A stretch of 64,000 nt of DNA, taken from positions 34,199 to 98,198 of the forward strand of contig CAXXSO010000032.1 in assembly GCA_963676965.2 (NCBI GenBank). Reading direction: 5' to 3'. Below, piece after piece: positions 1 to 9,920 of this stretch. Source of the stretch: an uncultured Cohaesibacter sp. (GTDB lineage: Bacteria > Pseudomonadota > Alphaproteobacteria > Rhizobiales > Cohaesibacteraceae). The notes under the pieces are model-generated. The model saw nothing but the letters and a program-made list of their open reading frames with translations. It had not been told where the DNA came from and ran no database searches. How positions within the stretch are numbered: the stretch's first letter is position 1; each line of letters opens with the position of its first letter. Made by a program: the position numbers and the translations under genes.

Positions 1-1507
1 CCGCTTGGTTGGTTGCACCTTGACCGGACACCTGGCCAACCAGGGCGGTCATATCGATATTGCTGTTGCGATGTTCGCCGACGATAGCGCCCTCATGGAG
101 CACAATGACCCGATCGGCTATCTCGAGGGCTTCGTCGATCTCCGAGACAAAGACGATGGTTGCCCGACCCTTGGCTGTGGCCCGGATATGTTGGCCAATA
201 TCCCGCCTTGCGCCAATATCGACCCCTTGGAAAGGCTCATCGAGCAACAGGACCCGGCAGGGTTCCAGCAACCAGCGACCAATCATCACCTTCTGCTGGT
301 TACCCCCGGACAGGGTGTTGATCCCGTCTCCATTGCCCTGACAGACGACGTCGATCTGGCCGATCATCGCATCTGCGGCCCCGCGCTGGCGCTTGCTACT
401 GAGCAAAGACAGCCGACTGAAGGCACCCAGAAATGGCAAGGTCATATTGTCGGCAATATCAAAGTCAGGGATGACCGCATTGGTCGCCCGGTCTTTCGGC
501 GACATGTAAACCCCGCCCTTGACCGCATCCTGCGCGTTTGACGGAGCATAGGGTTTGCCGTCGATTTTCATCCCACCGGTCTGCGACTGATCGAGACCGA
601 AAATGATCTCCCCAAGTTTCGATTTACCGCTACCCAGCAGACCGGTAATGGCAACAACTTCACCGTCCCCGGCGGTCAGATTGACCAGCCCACCATGCTC
701 CAGCAATGTCAGATCATTGATTTCCAGAATAGGGGCACCAGCGGCCATTGGTTCAATCGCCGCTTCGCTCATCTGACGACCAAGCATCGCAGTCACCGCG
801 CCGTTATAATCAAGCTCCGGCCCCTCAAACAGGCCTGAAATCTTGCCGTCGCGCATACAGATGATCCGATCGGCGATCCGGCGGATGTCAGACATGCGGT
901 GTGAAATATAGAGAATGGTCACGCCTTGATCCCGCAACCGATCGATCAGGGAAAACAGGCGATCGGCCTCGGACGCAGACAATGACGATGTCGGCTCATC
1001 AAGGATCAGCAACTTCGGTGCCCGCGCCATAGCGCGGGCAATGGCAATCATTTGCCGATCCGCCACCCCAAGATCAGAAACCCGGGTGCGCACATCCATG
1101 GCAAGCCCCATGCTGGCCGCCACACGTTCGGCTTCCTTGCGCATCGGTCGTTCGCGCACAAACAACCCCGCATCCGACCGAGCCAACCGGTCGAGCAACA
1201 GATTGTTGGCAACATCAAGATCAGGAATGACCCCGTCATCAATGGATTGATGCACCGTCACCACGCCCTTGGCAATGGCATCAGCCGCATCCTCTGGCTC
1301 GAAGGAAGCCCCTTCAAGCAGCATCTCTCCTTCATCGGCGCTGTGATAGCCGCAGATGACTTTGACGAGTGTCGATTTCCCCGCCCCGTTCGCGCCCATA
1401 AGCACGGTTACGGTCCCGGGATATAGCTCCATGTCAAGCCCGCGCAGCACCCGGTTTTGACCGAATGACTTGCGCAGCCCTGTCACTTTAAGCGCTGCGT
1501 TACTCAA
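1..1507 (-). CDS. Monosaccharide ABC transporter ATP-binding protein (two NBDs), runs off the window edge
   Basis: Read manually (absent from the ORF track because there is no stop). TTG start at 1507 after GGGAGGA; MSNAALKVTGLRKSFGQNRVL...GANGAGKSTLVK (Walker A), LLILDEPTSSLS, ISHRMSD; frame is open to base 1. Confidence 0.9.
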   Translation of the reverse strand, partial: MSNAALKVTGLRKSFGQNRVLRGLDMELYPGTVTVLMGANGAGKSTLVKVICGYHSADEGEMLLEGASFEPEDAADAIAKGVVTVHQSIDDGVIPDLDVANNLLLDRLARSDAGLFVRERPMRKEAERVAASMGLAMDVRTRVSDLGVADRQMIAIARAMARAPKLLILDEPTSSLSASEADRLFSLIDRLRDQGVTILYISHRMSDIRRIADRIICMRDGKISGLFEGPELDYNGAVTAMLGRQMSEAAIEPMAAGAPILEINDLTLLEHGGLVNLTAGDGEVVAITGLLGSGKSKLGEIIFGLDQSQTGGMKIDGKPYAPSNAQDAVKGGVYMSPKDRATNAVIPDFDIADNMTLPFLGAFSRLSLLSSKRQRGAADAMIGQIDVVCQGNGDGINTLSGGNQQKVMIGRWLLEPCRVLLLDEPFQGVDIGARRDIGQHIRATAKGRATIVFVSEIDEALEIADRVIVLHEGAIVGEHRNSNIDMTALVGQVSGQGATNQA

Positions 1508-1565
1508 TTATTCCTCCCTGCGCCGACCAGTGCGGCGTAGCTTCCACAAACGATTATCAACACAG

Positions 1566-1602
1566 ATTATTCATTTGTCAACTCACTTGACGTTTGAATA
1601 AT
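1566..1602. promoter_or_regulatory. Long imperfect inverted repeat in the divergent promoter, candidate operator of the SorC-family regulator
   Basis: ATTATTCA-TTTGTCAA-CTCAC-TTGACGTT-TGAATAAT lies between the ABC gene and mtnK. The link to the SorC protein is inference. Confidence 0.55.
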
Positions 1603-1641
1603 TTAATGTCAATCTGCAACCAGCATGGGAGGAACAAAGCC

Positions 1642-2901
1642 ATGTCTGAACATAGTCAATACACGCCATTTTCAACCGAAAGCCTGCCCGGTTACCTCGC
1701 CGACGTGCCCGCCATTGCCGATCGACTCGGCGGTGACCAGAGCGTCTGGAAGGTCCGCGAAGTGGGCGACGGAAACCTCAACCTCGTCTTCATTGTGGAC
1801 GGGGAAAAAGAGACCATCATCGTCAAGCAGGCCCTGCCCTATGTCCGCCTTGTGGGCGACAGTTGGCCCTTGCCGCTTTATCGGGCCTTTTTCGAATATC
1901 ACGCGCTGATCCGTCAGGAAGCCCGTGACCCCGGCTCGGTGCCGGAGGTGTTCCATTTCGATGAAACCAACGCTCTGATCGCGATGGAATTCATCAAGCC
2001 GCACCTCATCCTGCGCCACAAATTGATTCGGGGCGAGAAAGTCCAAGGGCTTGCCACCTTCCTTGGCAACTTCTGTGCCCGCACCGCCTTCCGAGGCTCG
2101 GAATTGTCGATGAAATCCGCCGACAAGAAAGCCGATGTTGGTCTGTTTGCAGGCAATGTGGAAATTCCCGCCATCACCGAGGCTCTGGTCTTCACCGATC
2201 CTTATTATGATGCGGAAATGAACCATCATACCGATGGGCTTGACCCGGTGGTCGCCAAGCTGCGCAATGATACCGAGTTGAAGGCCCGCGCCCAGCGCAT
2301 GCTGATGAAATTCGCATCCAACACGGAAACCATGGTCCACGGGGACCTGCATTCCGGCTCGATCATGTCCACCGACAGCGACAGCCGCGTCATCGACCCC
2401 GAATTTGTCCAATATGCCCCGATAGGCTTTGATATTGGTATGCTGACCGCCAACTTCCTGATGGCTTATTTCAGCCAGCCCGCCCATCGCGGCGCAGAGC
2501 TCGAACAGTATCAGGAATGGATCCTCTCGGTGATCGCCGATTGCTACACTCAGTTTGAGGTCGAATTCACCCATCTGTGGAATACCGAACGCACCGGCAT
2601 GCTCTATCCAAAGAGCCTGTTCGAAGATCAGGGCCACAGCTCTGAAGCGGCCTGCAAGGCGCTGCTGAAAGACATCTGGCACGACGCGCTCGCCATTTGC
2701 GGCATCGAAATGCACCGCCGCACCCTGTCGCTCGCCCACAATGCTGACTTTGAAAGCATTGAGGACGTTACGGTTCGTGCACCACTTGAAGCACGCAACC
2801 TGATGATGGGAGCCGAACTCATTCACAACGCCGAAACAATCGCCGATCCCGCAGCTCTTGTGGCCATGGCACGCGACTTCAACAAGAGGGACATCCTATG
2901 A
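1642..2901 (+). CDS. mtnK: S-methyl-5-thioribose / 5-deoxyribose kinase
   Basis: [30 protein letters not shown] and DPEF motifs; ATG at 1642 after GGGAGG. Confidence 0.95.
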   Translation: MSEHSQYTPFSTESLPGYLADVPAIADRLGGDQSVWKVREVGDGNLNLVFIVDGEKETIIVKQALPYVRLVGDSWPLPLYRAFFEYHALIRQEARDPGSVPEVFHFDETNALIAMEFIKPHLILRHKLIRGEKVQGLATFLGNFCARTAFRGSELSMKSADKKADVGLFAGNVEIPAITEALVFTDPYYDAEMNHHTDGLDPVVAKLRNDTELKARAQRMLMKFASNTETMVHGDLHSGSIMSTDSDSRVIDPEFVQYAPIGFDIGMLTANFLMAYFSQPAHRGAELEQYQEWILSVIADCYTQFEVEFTHLWNTERTGMLYPKSLFEDQGHSSEAACKALLKDIWHDALAICGIEMHRRTLSLAHNADFESIEDVTVRAPLEARNLMMGAELIHNAETIADPAALVAMARDFNKRDIL

Positions 2902-3998
2902 AGGTCAACGGAAAACACTATCGTTCACTCTGGTGGGATGAAAGCATCAACGCTGTCTGCATCATCGACCAGCGCTGGTTGCCCCATGATTTCCGCACCC
3001 AGCCTGTCACCACCATGGAAGAATTTGCCGACGCCATCGTCGAAATGCGTGTCCGTGGGGCACCGTTGATCGGCGCAGCGGCAGCCTATGGCATGGCCTT
3101 GGCGATGAAGCTTGACCCGTCTGACAAGAATCTCGACGAGGCATGGTACTATCTCGACAAGACCCGCCCGACAGCCATCAATCTGCGCTGGGCACTCAAT
3201 CGCTGCAAGGCACATCTGAGCCCCCTGCCCGAAGCGGACCGTGCGGCAGCTGCTCTGCAACTGGCCCATGAGATCGCTGATGAGGATGTAGAGATCAACC
3301 GCAAGATCGGGGAAAATGGCCTTGCCATCATCCGCGAAACCGCCGCCAAGAAACCGGCTGGCGAACCGGTGCGCATCCTCACCCACTGCAATGCAGGCTG
3401 GCTGGCCACCGTCGACTGGGGCACCGCAACTTCGCCGATGTATCACGCCTTTAACGAAGGCATTCCAATCCATGTCTGGGTAGAAGAAACCCGCCCGCGC
3501 AATCAGGGTGCCATCACCGCTTGGGAATTGGGCAGCCATGGTGTCGAGCATAAATATATCGTCGACAATGCTGGCGGCCATCTGATGCAACATGGGCTGG
3601 TGGACATGGTGATCGTGGGCACGGACCGGACCACCCGGCGTGGCGACGTCTGCAACAAGATCGGCACCTACCTCAAGGCGCTTGCCGCGCATGACAATGG
3701 GGTCCCCTTCTATGTTGCCCTGCCTTCTCCGACCATCGACTGGACGGTGGATGATGGTGTTGCGGAAATTCCCATCGAGGAACGCAACGCCTTTGAAACC
3801 ACTCACGTTCAGGGTCTGACAGACGCAGGTGACATCGGCACGGTACAAGTCACCCCCAAGGGCACCGAAGGTGGCAATCCGGCCTTTGATGTCACCCCGA
3901 ACAGGCTGGTCACCGGATTGATCACGGAACGCGGCGTTTGCGAGGCCAGCCCGGAAGGTCTTGCAGCCCTGTTCCCCGATCTCTCCAAGGCTGACTGA
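2898..3998 (+). CDS. mtnA: S-methyl-5-thioribose-1-phosphate isomerase
   Basis: [38 protein letters not shown] and NPAFDVTP motifs; ATGA overlap with mtnK. Confidence 0.95.
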   Translation: MKVNGKHYRSLWWDESINAVCIIDQRWLPHDFRTQPVTTMEEFADAIVEMRVRGAPLIGAAAAYGMALAMKLDPSDKNLDEAWYYLDKTRPTAINLRWALNRCKAHLSPLPEADRAAAALQLAHEIADEDVEINRKIGENGLAIIRETAAKKPAGEPVRILTHCNAGWLATVDWGTATSPMYHAFNEGIPIHVWVEETRPRNQGAITAWELGSHGVEHKYIVDNAGGHLMQHGLVDMVIVGTDRTTRRGDVCNKIGTYLKALAAHDNGVPFYVALPSPTIDWTVDDGVAEIPIEERNAFETTHVQGLTDAGDIGTVQVTPKGTEGGNPAFDVTPNRLVTGLITERGVCEASPEGLAALFPDLSKAD

Positions 3999-4190
3999 CG
4001 CTTCAACCGCACCCGGCCCCGTAGCTTTTCCGCGCGCTTTCGGGAGCCGGGTGGTGGCGTGACTTGCATGCCGTGACTTGCATCCTTGGCAAAGACAGGC
4101 TACAGCGACAAGCGCCAAAATCCTCGCATCCCGGCCGCCAAACAACAAACAACAGCCGGGAAGTGAGCCAATCGGGGGAAAGAACCATCC

Positions 4191-5183
4191 ATGGCGGCAG
4201 ACAGTTCCAAAGCAAAACCGACCCATTCCCTGACGCGTCGCATTTCCAAGCAGGATGACGCGATCATCGAAGCCACATGGGCCTATTATCATGATGGCCT
4301 CAACCAGAATGAAATCGCCAAGCGTCTTGGTGTCAGTCGTGCATCCGTGGTCAATTATCTCACCGAAGCCCGCCGCCGGGAATATGTTCGCATTACGCTC
4401 GACAGCGAAATCTTTCTCAATCACGAGTTATCTGAACGGCTGAAGGATGCCTATGGGCTGGCCGCCGCTCTCGTGGTGCCGTCCGACCCTTCCGGTCAGG
4501 CAGGATCGACCGAGCGCGTCACCCGTTCCACAGCCGACTGGCTGCCCCATTTACTCGAACCGGGCGACCGGTTGGGCGTCGCCTGGGGTGAGACCATCTA
4601 TCGGGTGGCAGAAATGGCACCCCATCTCTCCATCGAAGACATCACGGTCGTCCAACTGGTCGGCTCCCGCGCCGCCGACGTCGGCTTTGCACCAGAGGTC
4701 TGCTCGGGCACCATTGCCCGCCATTTTGGTGCCCACTGCATCAACTTGCATGCACCCTTGACCGTGTCCAATGCCGCCTTGGCCGATCAATTGCGGGCAG
4801 AACCCGACATCACCGAGCAGCTCACCGCCATCGCGGACTGCAACAAGGTTCTGTTTGCTTGCGGCACGGTGACCAACACCAGCCACATTGCCCGCACCCG
4901 CATTCTAAGCCTCGACAGCCTTGAGAAATATCGCCAGCAGGGTGCCACAGGCGTCATTTGCGCCCGCCTGATCGATCAGGACGGAACCCCCATTCCAACC
5001 GAAATTGACGACCGCATGCTCGGCGTCACCCTCGAACAGATGCGCAACAAGCAAATGGGCATTCTCGTCGCCTCCGGTGCGGCAAGGGTGCCCGGTGCCC
5101 GTGCTGCCATCAAGGGCGGCTATGTCACCCATCTGGCCACCTGTTCCCAAACCGCACACCTATTATTGGAGCAAGAGACGTGA
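4191..5183 (+). CDS. SorC/DeoR-family sugar-binding transcriptional regulator
   Basis: N-terminal HTH (YYHDGLNQNEIAKRLGVSRASV) followed by a sugar-binding domain (LGVAWGETI, LHAP). Confidence 0.9.
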   Translation: MAADSSKAKPTHSLTRRISKQDDAIIEATWAYYHDGLNQNEIAKRLGVSRASVVNYLTEARRREYVRITLDSEIFLNHELSERLKDAYGLAAALVVPSDPSGQAGSTERVTRSTADWLPHLLEPGDRLGVAWGETIYRVAEMAPHLSIEDITVVQLVGSRAADVGFAPEVCSGTIARHFGAHCINLHAPLTVSNAALADQLRAEPDITEQLTAIADCNKVLFACGTVTNTSHIARTRILSLDSLEKYRQQGATGVICARLIDQDGTPIPTEIDDRMLGVTLEQMRNKQMGILVASGAARVPGARAAIKGGYVTHLATCSQTAHLLLEQET

Positions 5184-5851
5184 CCAACGCTCTTTCGGAC
5201 ACGGTCGCTACCCGCGCCGCCATCATTGCCGCCTGTCGCTGGATGAATAGCAGTGGCATCAATCAGGGCACTTCGGGCAACATTTCCGTGCGCACCGGCG
5301 AGCGGGGCGATGAAATGCTGATCACCCCGTCCGGCGTTCCCTATGCCGATCTTGAACCTGACATGCTCGTCCGCATGCCGATTGACAGCGCCCCTACCGG
5401 CAACGAACCTTTGAAGCCATCAAGCGAATGGCGGTTCCATCAAGGCCTCTTGCGCAGCCGCCCCGACATGGCCGCCGTCGTCCATGCTCACCCGGCCTAT
5501 GCCTCTGCTCTGGCCATCAATCGTCAGACCATTCCCGCCTGCCACTATATGATCGCAGCATTTGGCGGCTATGACGTGCCACTGGCAGGCTATCATCTGT
5601 TTGGCAGTGTCGCGCTATCCGACGAGGTCAATCGCGTGATGCAGGATCGTCACGGCTGCCTGATGGCCAACCATGGCGCGATCGTCGTCGGCGAGAGTTT
5701 GGACAAAGCCCTCTGGCGTCTTGAAGAATTGGAAAATATCGCCAAGGTCTATTGCCTCAGCAAGCAGAGTGGTGAACCGGTGATCCTGTCCAACGCAGAA
5801 ATGGACGACGTCATCGCGGCCTTTGCCAATTATGGTCCCGTGAAAGTGTGA
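5180..5851 (+). CDS. Class II aldolase (FucA-like), likely 5-deoxy/5-methylthio-ribulose-1-phosphate aldolase (Ald2/DrdA type)
   Basis: GTSGNIS, ITPSG, KPSSEW, HAH and MANHG metal motifs. Substrate inferred from the mtnK-mtnA context. Confidence 0.8.
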   Translation: MTNALSDTVATRAAIIAACRWMNSSGINQGTSGNISVRTGERGDEMLITPSGVPYADLEPDMLVRMPIDSAPTGNEPLKPSSEWRFHQGLLRSRPDMAAVVHAHPAYASALAINRQTIPACHYMIAAFGGYDVPLAGYHLFGSVALSDEVNRVMQDRHGCLMANHGAIVVGESLDKALWRLEELENIAKVYCLSKQSGEPVILSNAEMDDVIAAFANYGPVKV

Positions 5852-5999
5852 CCTCTCCGCAAGCAACAGAGGCGACGGAGTTAGAGCGTTGTGAAGATAA
5901 ACCGGGTCACCGGTTTAGATTTAAACGCCATTTCTCAGTATGATATTGCAATCTCGTGAACGGGTGTTCCCGAGAATTGCTCTAAGCAACCATCCGTCG

Positions 6000-6758
6000 C
6001 TAATGATTGATTGCAGCCTTAAGGGCCGCGACCTTGTCGCGGTCCGTTTTTTTTGCTCCGGCCGCAACAAAACCAAGCGCTTGCTCCCGCCCCTTGGCCT
6101 CCCCTGCCTGACAGAATGACGAGCAGGACGCGTGTATTTCCACAAAGCCCATGCCACGCAGGTCCAACGCATTGTCCAAACGCACCCCACCACCAGGCAT
6201 GATGCAGATCCGTCCAGCCGACCAGCCGAGGCAGGCCTGCAACTGATCGCGCCCTTCATTGACGCTAGGCGCTCCGCCAGACGTCAGGATCCGTTCGATG
6301 CCCAGAGCAACAGCCCCTTCAATCGCAGCTTGAGGGTCACCCACCAGATCAAACACCCGATGCAAGGTTACACCCATGCCGTTTGCGGCCTTAACCATCC
6401 GCTCCAGGGCTTGCAGATCGAGCGAGAAATCCGGACAAGCCGCACCAATCACCACGCCAGTAAGGCCTGCTTCACGAGCATTTTGAATATCGCGACACAT
6501 CAGGGTGATCTCATCATCAGAAAAGCAAAAGTCCCCGGCCCTTGGCCGGATCATGCCATAGACCGGGACTTGAGCGCGCGCCGCCGCATAGGCCATGAAG
6601 CCTGCGGACGGGGTCAAGCCCCCCACGGCAAGAGACGAGCAAAGCTCAATCCGGTCCGCCCCACCCGCCAACGCAGCCTCAAACCCTTCAACATCATCGA
6701 CACAGACTTCCAACAGAATCTTTGGCAAGACAGCTTGGTGTTCAGGGGATGTCATCAC
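6000..6758 (-). CDS. cutC: CutC-family TIM-barrel protein
   Basis: LEVCVD, GADRIELC, GGLTPS, MIRPRAGDF, HRVFD, RILTSGG and IMPGGG motifs. Confidence 0.93.
   Translation of the reverse strand: MMTSPEHQAVLPKILLEVCVDDVEGFEAALAGGADRIELCSSLAVGGLTPSAGFMAYAAARAQVPVYGMIRPRAGDFCFSDDEITLMCRDIQNAREAGLTGVVIGAACPDFSLDLQALERMVKAANGMGVTLHRVFDLVGDPQAAIEGAVALGIERILTSGGAPSVNEGRDQLQACLGWSAGRICIMPGGGVRLDNALDLRGMGFVEIHASCSSFCQAGEAKGREQALGFVAAGAKKTDRDKVAALKAAINH
6023..6054 (+). terminator. Intrinsic terminator-like hairpin for the mtn operon, inside the antisense cutC 3' end
   Basis: GGGCCGCGAC-CTT-GTCGCGGTCC followed by G and T8. Confidence 0.55.
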
Positions 6759-6795
6759 TTATCCTTTTCCAAGCTTGGCGACCGGGCTTTTGGCG

Positions 6796-7704
6796 TCAGG
6801 CTTCAAAGCGGCTGCCAAGAATGGCCGCCCCCAAAATGCCCGGCTCGATGCGATTTTCCGCCGCAACGACAATACGCTCAAGGCCATGCACCAGAATGCG
6901 CCCACGCACCTTGGCATCAATCGCGGCGATCAAAGCCGCCGCATTGGACAAGCCGCCACCAACCGGCACAATGGATGCGCCCGTCACATTGATCACCAAG
7001 GCCAATGGCCCTGAAATCAAATCCACATAAACTTCAATGGTCTTGCTGGCCAGCTCGTCCTTTACTTCCCAGCCGGCGACAATTTCCTCAGCTGTCAGGC
7101 AGGCACCGGTCAGATGCTTATGAATTTTTTCAAGCCCGCGTGCGCTGCAAGTGGCATCAATGCAGCCCTTGAGGCCGCAGCCGCATGCAAATCGCGGCAA
7201 ACTGACGGGCGGATCCCCGGCCAGGGTCGCAGCCACCGGCCCATGCCCCCACTCGCCCGCATAACCGCCACGGCGATTGATCAATTGCCCGTCAATCACC
7301 AGACCGCCGCCGACCCCGGTGCCAAGAATGACCCCGAAGACGACATCATGCCCCTTGGCCGACCCAAGCTCGGCCTCGGCCAGAGTGAAACAATCGGCAT
7401 CATTGGCGATGATCACCGGCAGACCGAGCGTCGCCTCCAGATCGGCCTGCATTGGCCGCCCATGCAGGCAGGGAATATTGGCCACCACCGCCAGACCGGT
7501 CTTGGGATCAATGATCCCGGCAATTGAAATGGCAACGCAACGGGGCTTTTGCGGTGCTGCTTCGATGATGCTACGCAAGGCTGAAGCAAAGGCCTCAAAG
7601 CACGTTCCCGGTGTCGGTATGCGCGGCACAATCTCCAGCGAGCGCGGATCTGTACCAAACGCCCCCTTGATACTGGTGCCGCCAATATCGAAACAGACAA
7701 TCAT
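6796..7704 (-). CDS. nagK: ROK-family sugar kinase, probably N-acetylglucosamine kinase
   Basis: FDIGGT, ANDADC, LGTGVGGG, GEWGH and CGCGLKGC zinc motif. True start MIVCFDIGG at 7704. Substrate inferred from nag context. Confidence 0.8.
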   Translation of the reverse strand: MIVCFDIGGTSIKGAFGTDPRSLEIVPRIPTPGTCFEAFASALRSIIEAAPQKPRCVAISIAGIIDPKTGLAVVANIPCLHGRPMQADLEATLGLPVIIANDADCFTLAEAELGSAKGHDVVFGVILGTGVGGGLVIDGQLINRRGGYAGEWGHGPVAATLAGDPPVSLPRFACGCGLKGCIDATCSARGLEKIHKHLTGACLTAEEIVAGWEVKDELASKTIEVYVDLISGPLALVINVTGASIVPVGGGLSNAAALIAAIDAKVRGRILVHGLERIVVAAENRIEPGILGAAILGSRFEA

Positions 7705-7720
7705 TGAAGTGTCCCCGATG

Positions 7721-8885
7721 TCACGCACTGGCAAAGCAGCACTGCCCACCAATCCAGGTGGAATGAAGCGACAGATCGGCCCCCAGCAACACGAAATCCG
7801 CATCGGCCCCAGCCCGCAAATGCCCCTTATTGGCCGCACCAATGGCTTGTGAGGGATAAAGAGAAGCCATTTTCAACACATCCGCCAAAGACAAGGGCAA
7901 CCGTTCAAGAGCCAGCTTGATCATCGCAAGCATGTCGATATCGGCCCCCGCCAACGTGCCGTCCGCCAACGTCAACCGCCCGTCGCGGCGATAGATGACC
8001 CGCCCCCCAAGAATGAATTGCGTCGCATCGGTGCCTGTGGGCGACATGGCGTCGGTGACAAAGAAAATCCGTCCTGCCCCCTGTTTGGCCCGCAAGGCTA
8101 TTGCCATGGAGAGGGGATCCACATGGACACAATCGGCAATCAATCCGCACCAGACATTGTCGCTGGTCAGGGCAGCACCAACCACCCCCGGCTCACGATT
8201 ACCCATCTGGCTCATGGCGTTGAACAGATGGGTCACCATCGATGCTCCTGCCTCGAAATAGGCCTTGGCATCAGCGGCCTTACAATCCGTATGACCAACG
8301 CTGACCTTCCATCCCGCCGCAACCAGAGCCTTGACCTGCTCCGGCGTGACATTTTCCGGTGCAATGGTTGTCATGGCCTGCCCGAAGCTTCCGGCAGCGT
8401 CTGTCAAAATGGCAAGATCAGCCTCATTCATCGGCCGGATGAAACCTTCAACATGGGCCCCTTTGCGAGCACGCGTGACAAATGCGGTCCTTCAAGATGC
8501 AACCCCAGAAAGCCCGGCACATTGGCAGCCTTGGCGTCCCGTCCCGCAGCAAGCACCGCATCACGGGCCTCGGGTCCATCGGTGATGAGGGTCGGCAGCA
8601 CCGAGGTGGTGCCAAAACGGGCATTGGCGGAACAAATGGTCTCAATTGCCGTCTTGGTCGGGCGTGTCATTCAGCAAGGCACCACCGCCGCCATTGACCT
8701 GCAAATCCACAAAACCCGGCACCAAGAGATCCGCCTCATGGCCATGCAATTCATACCCGTCGGGCAGATCAGAAACAGGCGCAAGCCCCGCCACCGATCC
8801 GTCCCGAACCAAAAGGGCAACATCCTCATGAAAATGCTCGCCGTCAAACAGACGCTTTGCGGGGATAGGCAATCGAACCGCTCAT
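7721..8885 (-). pseudogene. nagA: N-acetylglucosamine-6-phosphate deacetylase, split by three frameshifts (probably sequencing errors)
   Basis: Fragments in successive frames carry PGFVDLQVNGGGG, GTTSVLPTLIT, HLEGP, KGAH, GHT, THLFNAM, VTDAM and LAGA. Breaks near 8862, 8650 and 8473. Confidence 0.85.
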
Positions 8886-9904
8886 CGTGTCACCGTCACT
8901 TTCTTCAGAGCCGCAGGCTTGTCCGGATCAAGGCCGAGATGGCGCGACAATTGCTCAACGAAGCGATAGACAAGGCACAATCAGCGTCAGGGCATCGGTC
9001 AACGGATGACCGGTAACCACAAAGGGCAGTCGCACCGCGTCGCCTGCATGGTTGGACGAAATGAAGCAATGGGGATTTTTCGCCACCACGCCATTGACGA
9101 TTTCGACAATCGAACCCTCGGCAGCGTCCCGCGCGGCAAAGGCAATGACGGGAAAGTCCCGGTCGACCAGCGACACCGGTCCATGCAGCATTTCCGCAGA
9201 GGAATAGGCCTCCGCATGCAGCTCGCAAGTTTCCTTGCAATTTGAGCGCGGCTTCCGCCGCAATCGCCATGGTCGGCCCACGCCCCAGCATATAGAGAGA
9301 ATTGGCTTTCGAGACCGGCTCGATCATCGCGGACCAGTCAATCGACAAGGCGGTATTGAGATGCTCAGGCAAGCGGGCAAGAGCATGTTTCAATGTATAA
9401 TCCTCAGCCCATCCCGCAAGGATCGCCAGCCCGGCGACAATCGAATTGACATAGGCTTTTGGTCGCCGCCACGGCCTGCTCTTCACCAGCACAGAGATCA
9501 ATTGCCAATTCGCACTGCGTGGCAAGATCGGACGGCAGCGTGTTGACAAGAGCGGTGGTCAGCGCCCCGCCTTCACGCGCGGCCTTGGCCATTGCGACGA
9601 TATCAGCACTGACGCCGGACTGGGAAATGGCAAGAACAGCCGCGCTGTCCATCTTCATTTTAGCCCCATAGATCGAGGCGATCGATGGCCCCTGCGAAGC
9701 AACAGGCAACCCCATCACCAACTCGATGGCATATTTCATGAAATAGGCGGCATGATCGGAAGATCCGCGCGCAATGGTCACCACAACCTTGGGGTCACGC
9801 GCTCGAAGGGCGGCTGCGACGGGATCGATACAGTCAGGAACACTTTTCAGAAGTCGCTCCACCGCTACTGGAATTTCTTCGGTTTCTTGCCGCATCTTCG
9901 TCAT
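8882..9904 (-). pseudogene. SIS-domain glucosamine-6-phosphate deaminase (NagB-II/GlmS-like), split by three frameshifts
   Basis: ARGSSDHAA, AISQSG, AGEEQAVAATK, EAALK..ET, SAEMLHGP and C-terminal LDPDKPAALKKVTVTR*. Breaks near 9458, 9240 and 8972; stop overlaps the nagA ATG. Confidence 0.82.
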
Positions 9905-9920
9905 TGCGCCCTGCCTTTGC

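Noticed and set aside
5-1426. Plus-strand ORFs 5..541 and 1052..1426
   Set aside because: Antisense shadows of the minus-strand ABC ATPase, which has clear Walker motifs.
5180-5851. Calling this gene mtnB or fucA
   Set aside because: It is FucA-like (SSEW, HYMIA) rather than MtnB-like, and there are no fucose genes nearby, so it is left as an Ald2/DrdA-type aldolase without a symbol.
8430-9465. Programmed frameshifting in nagA and the SIS gene
   Set aside because: Six shifts in 1 kb without consistent slippery sites; assembly error or decay explains them better.
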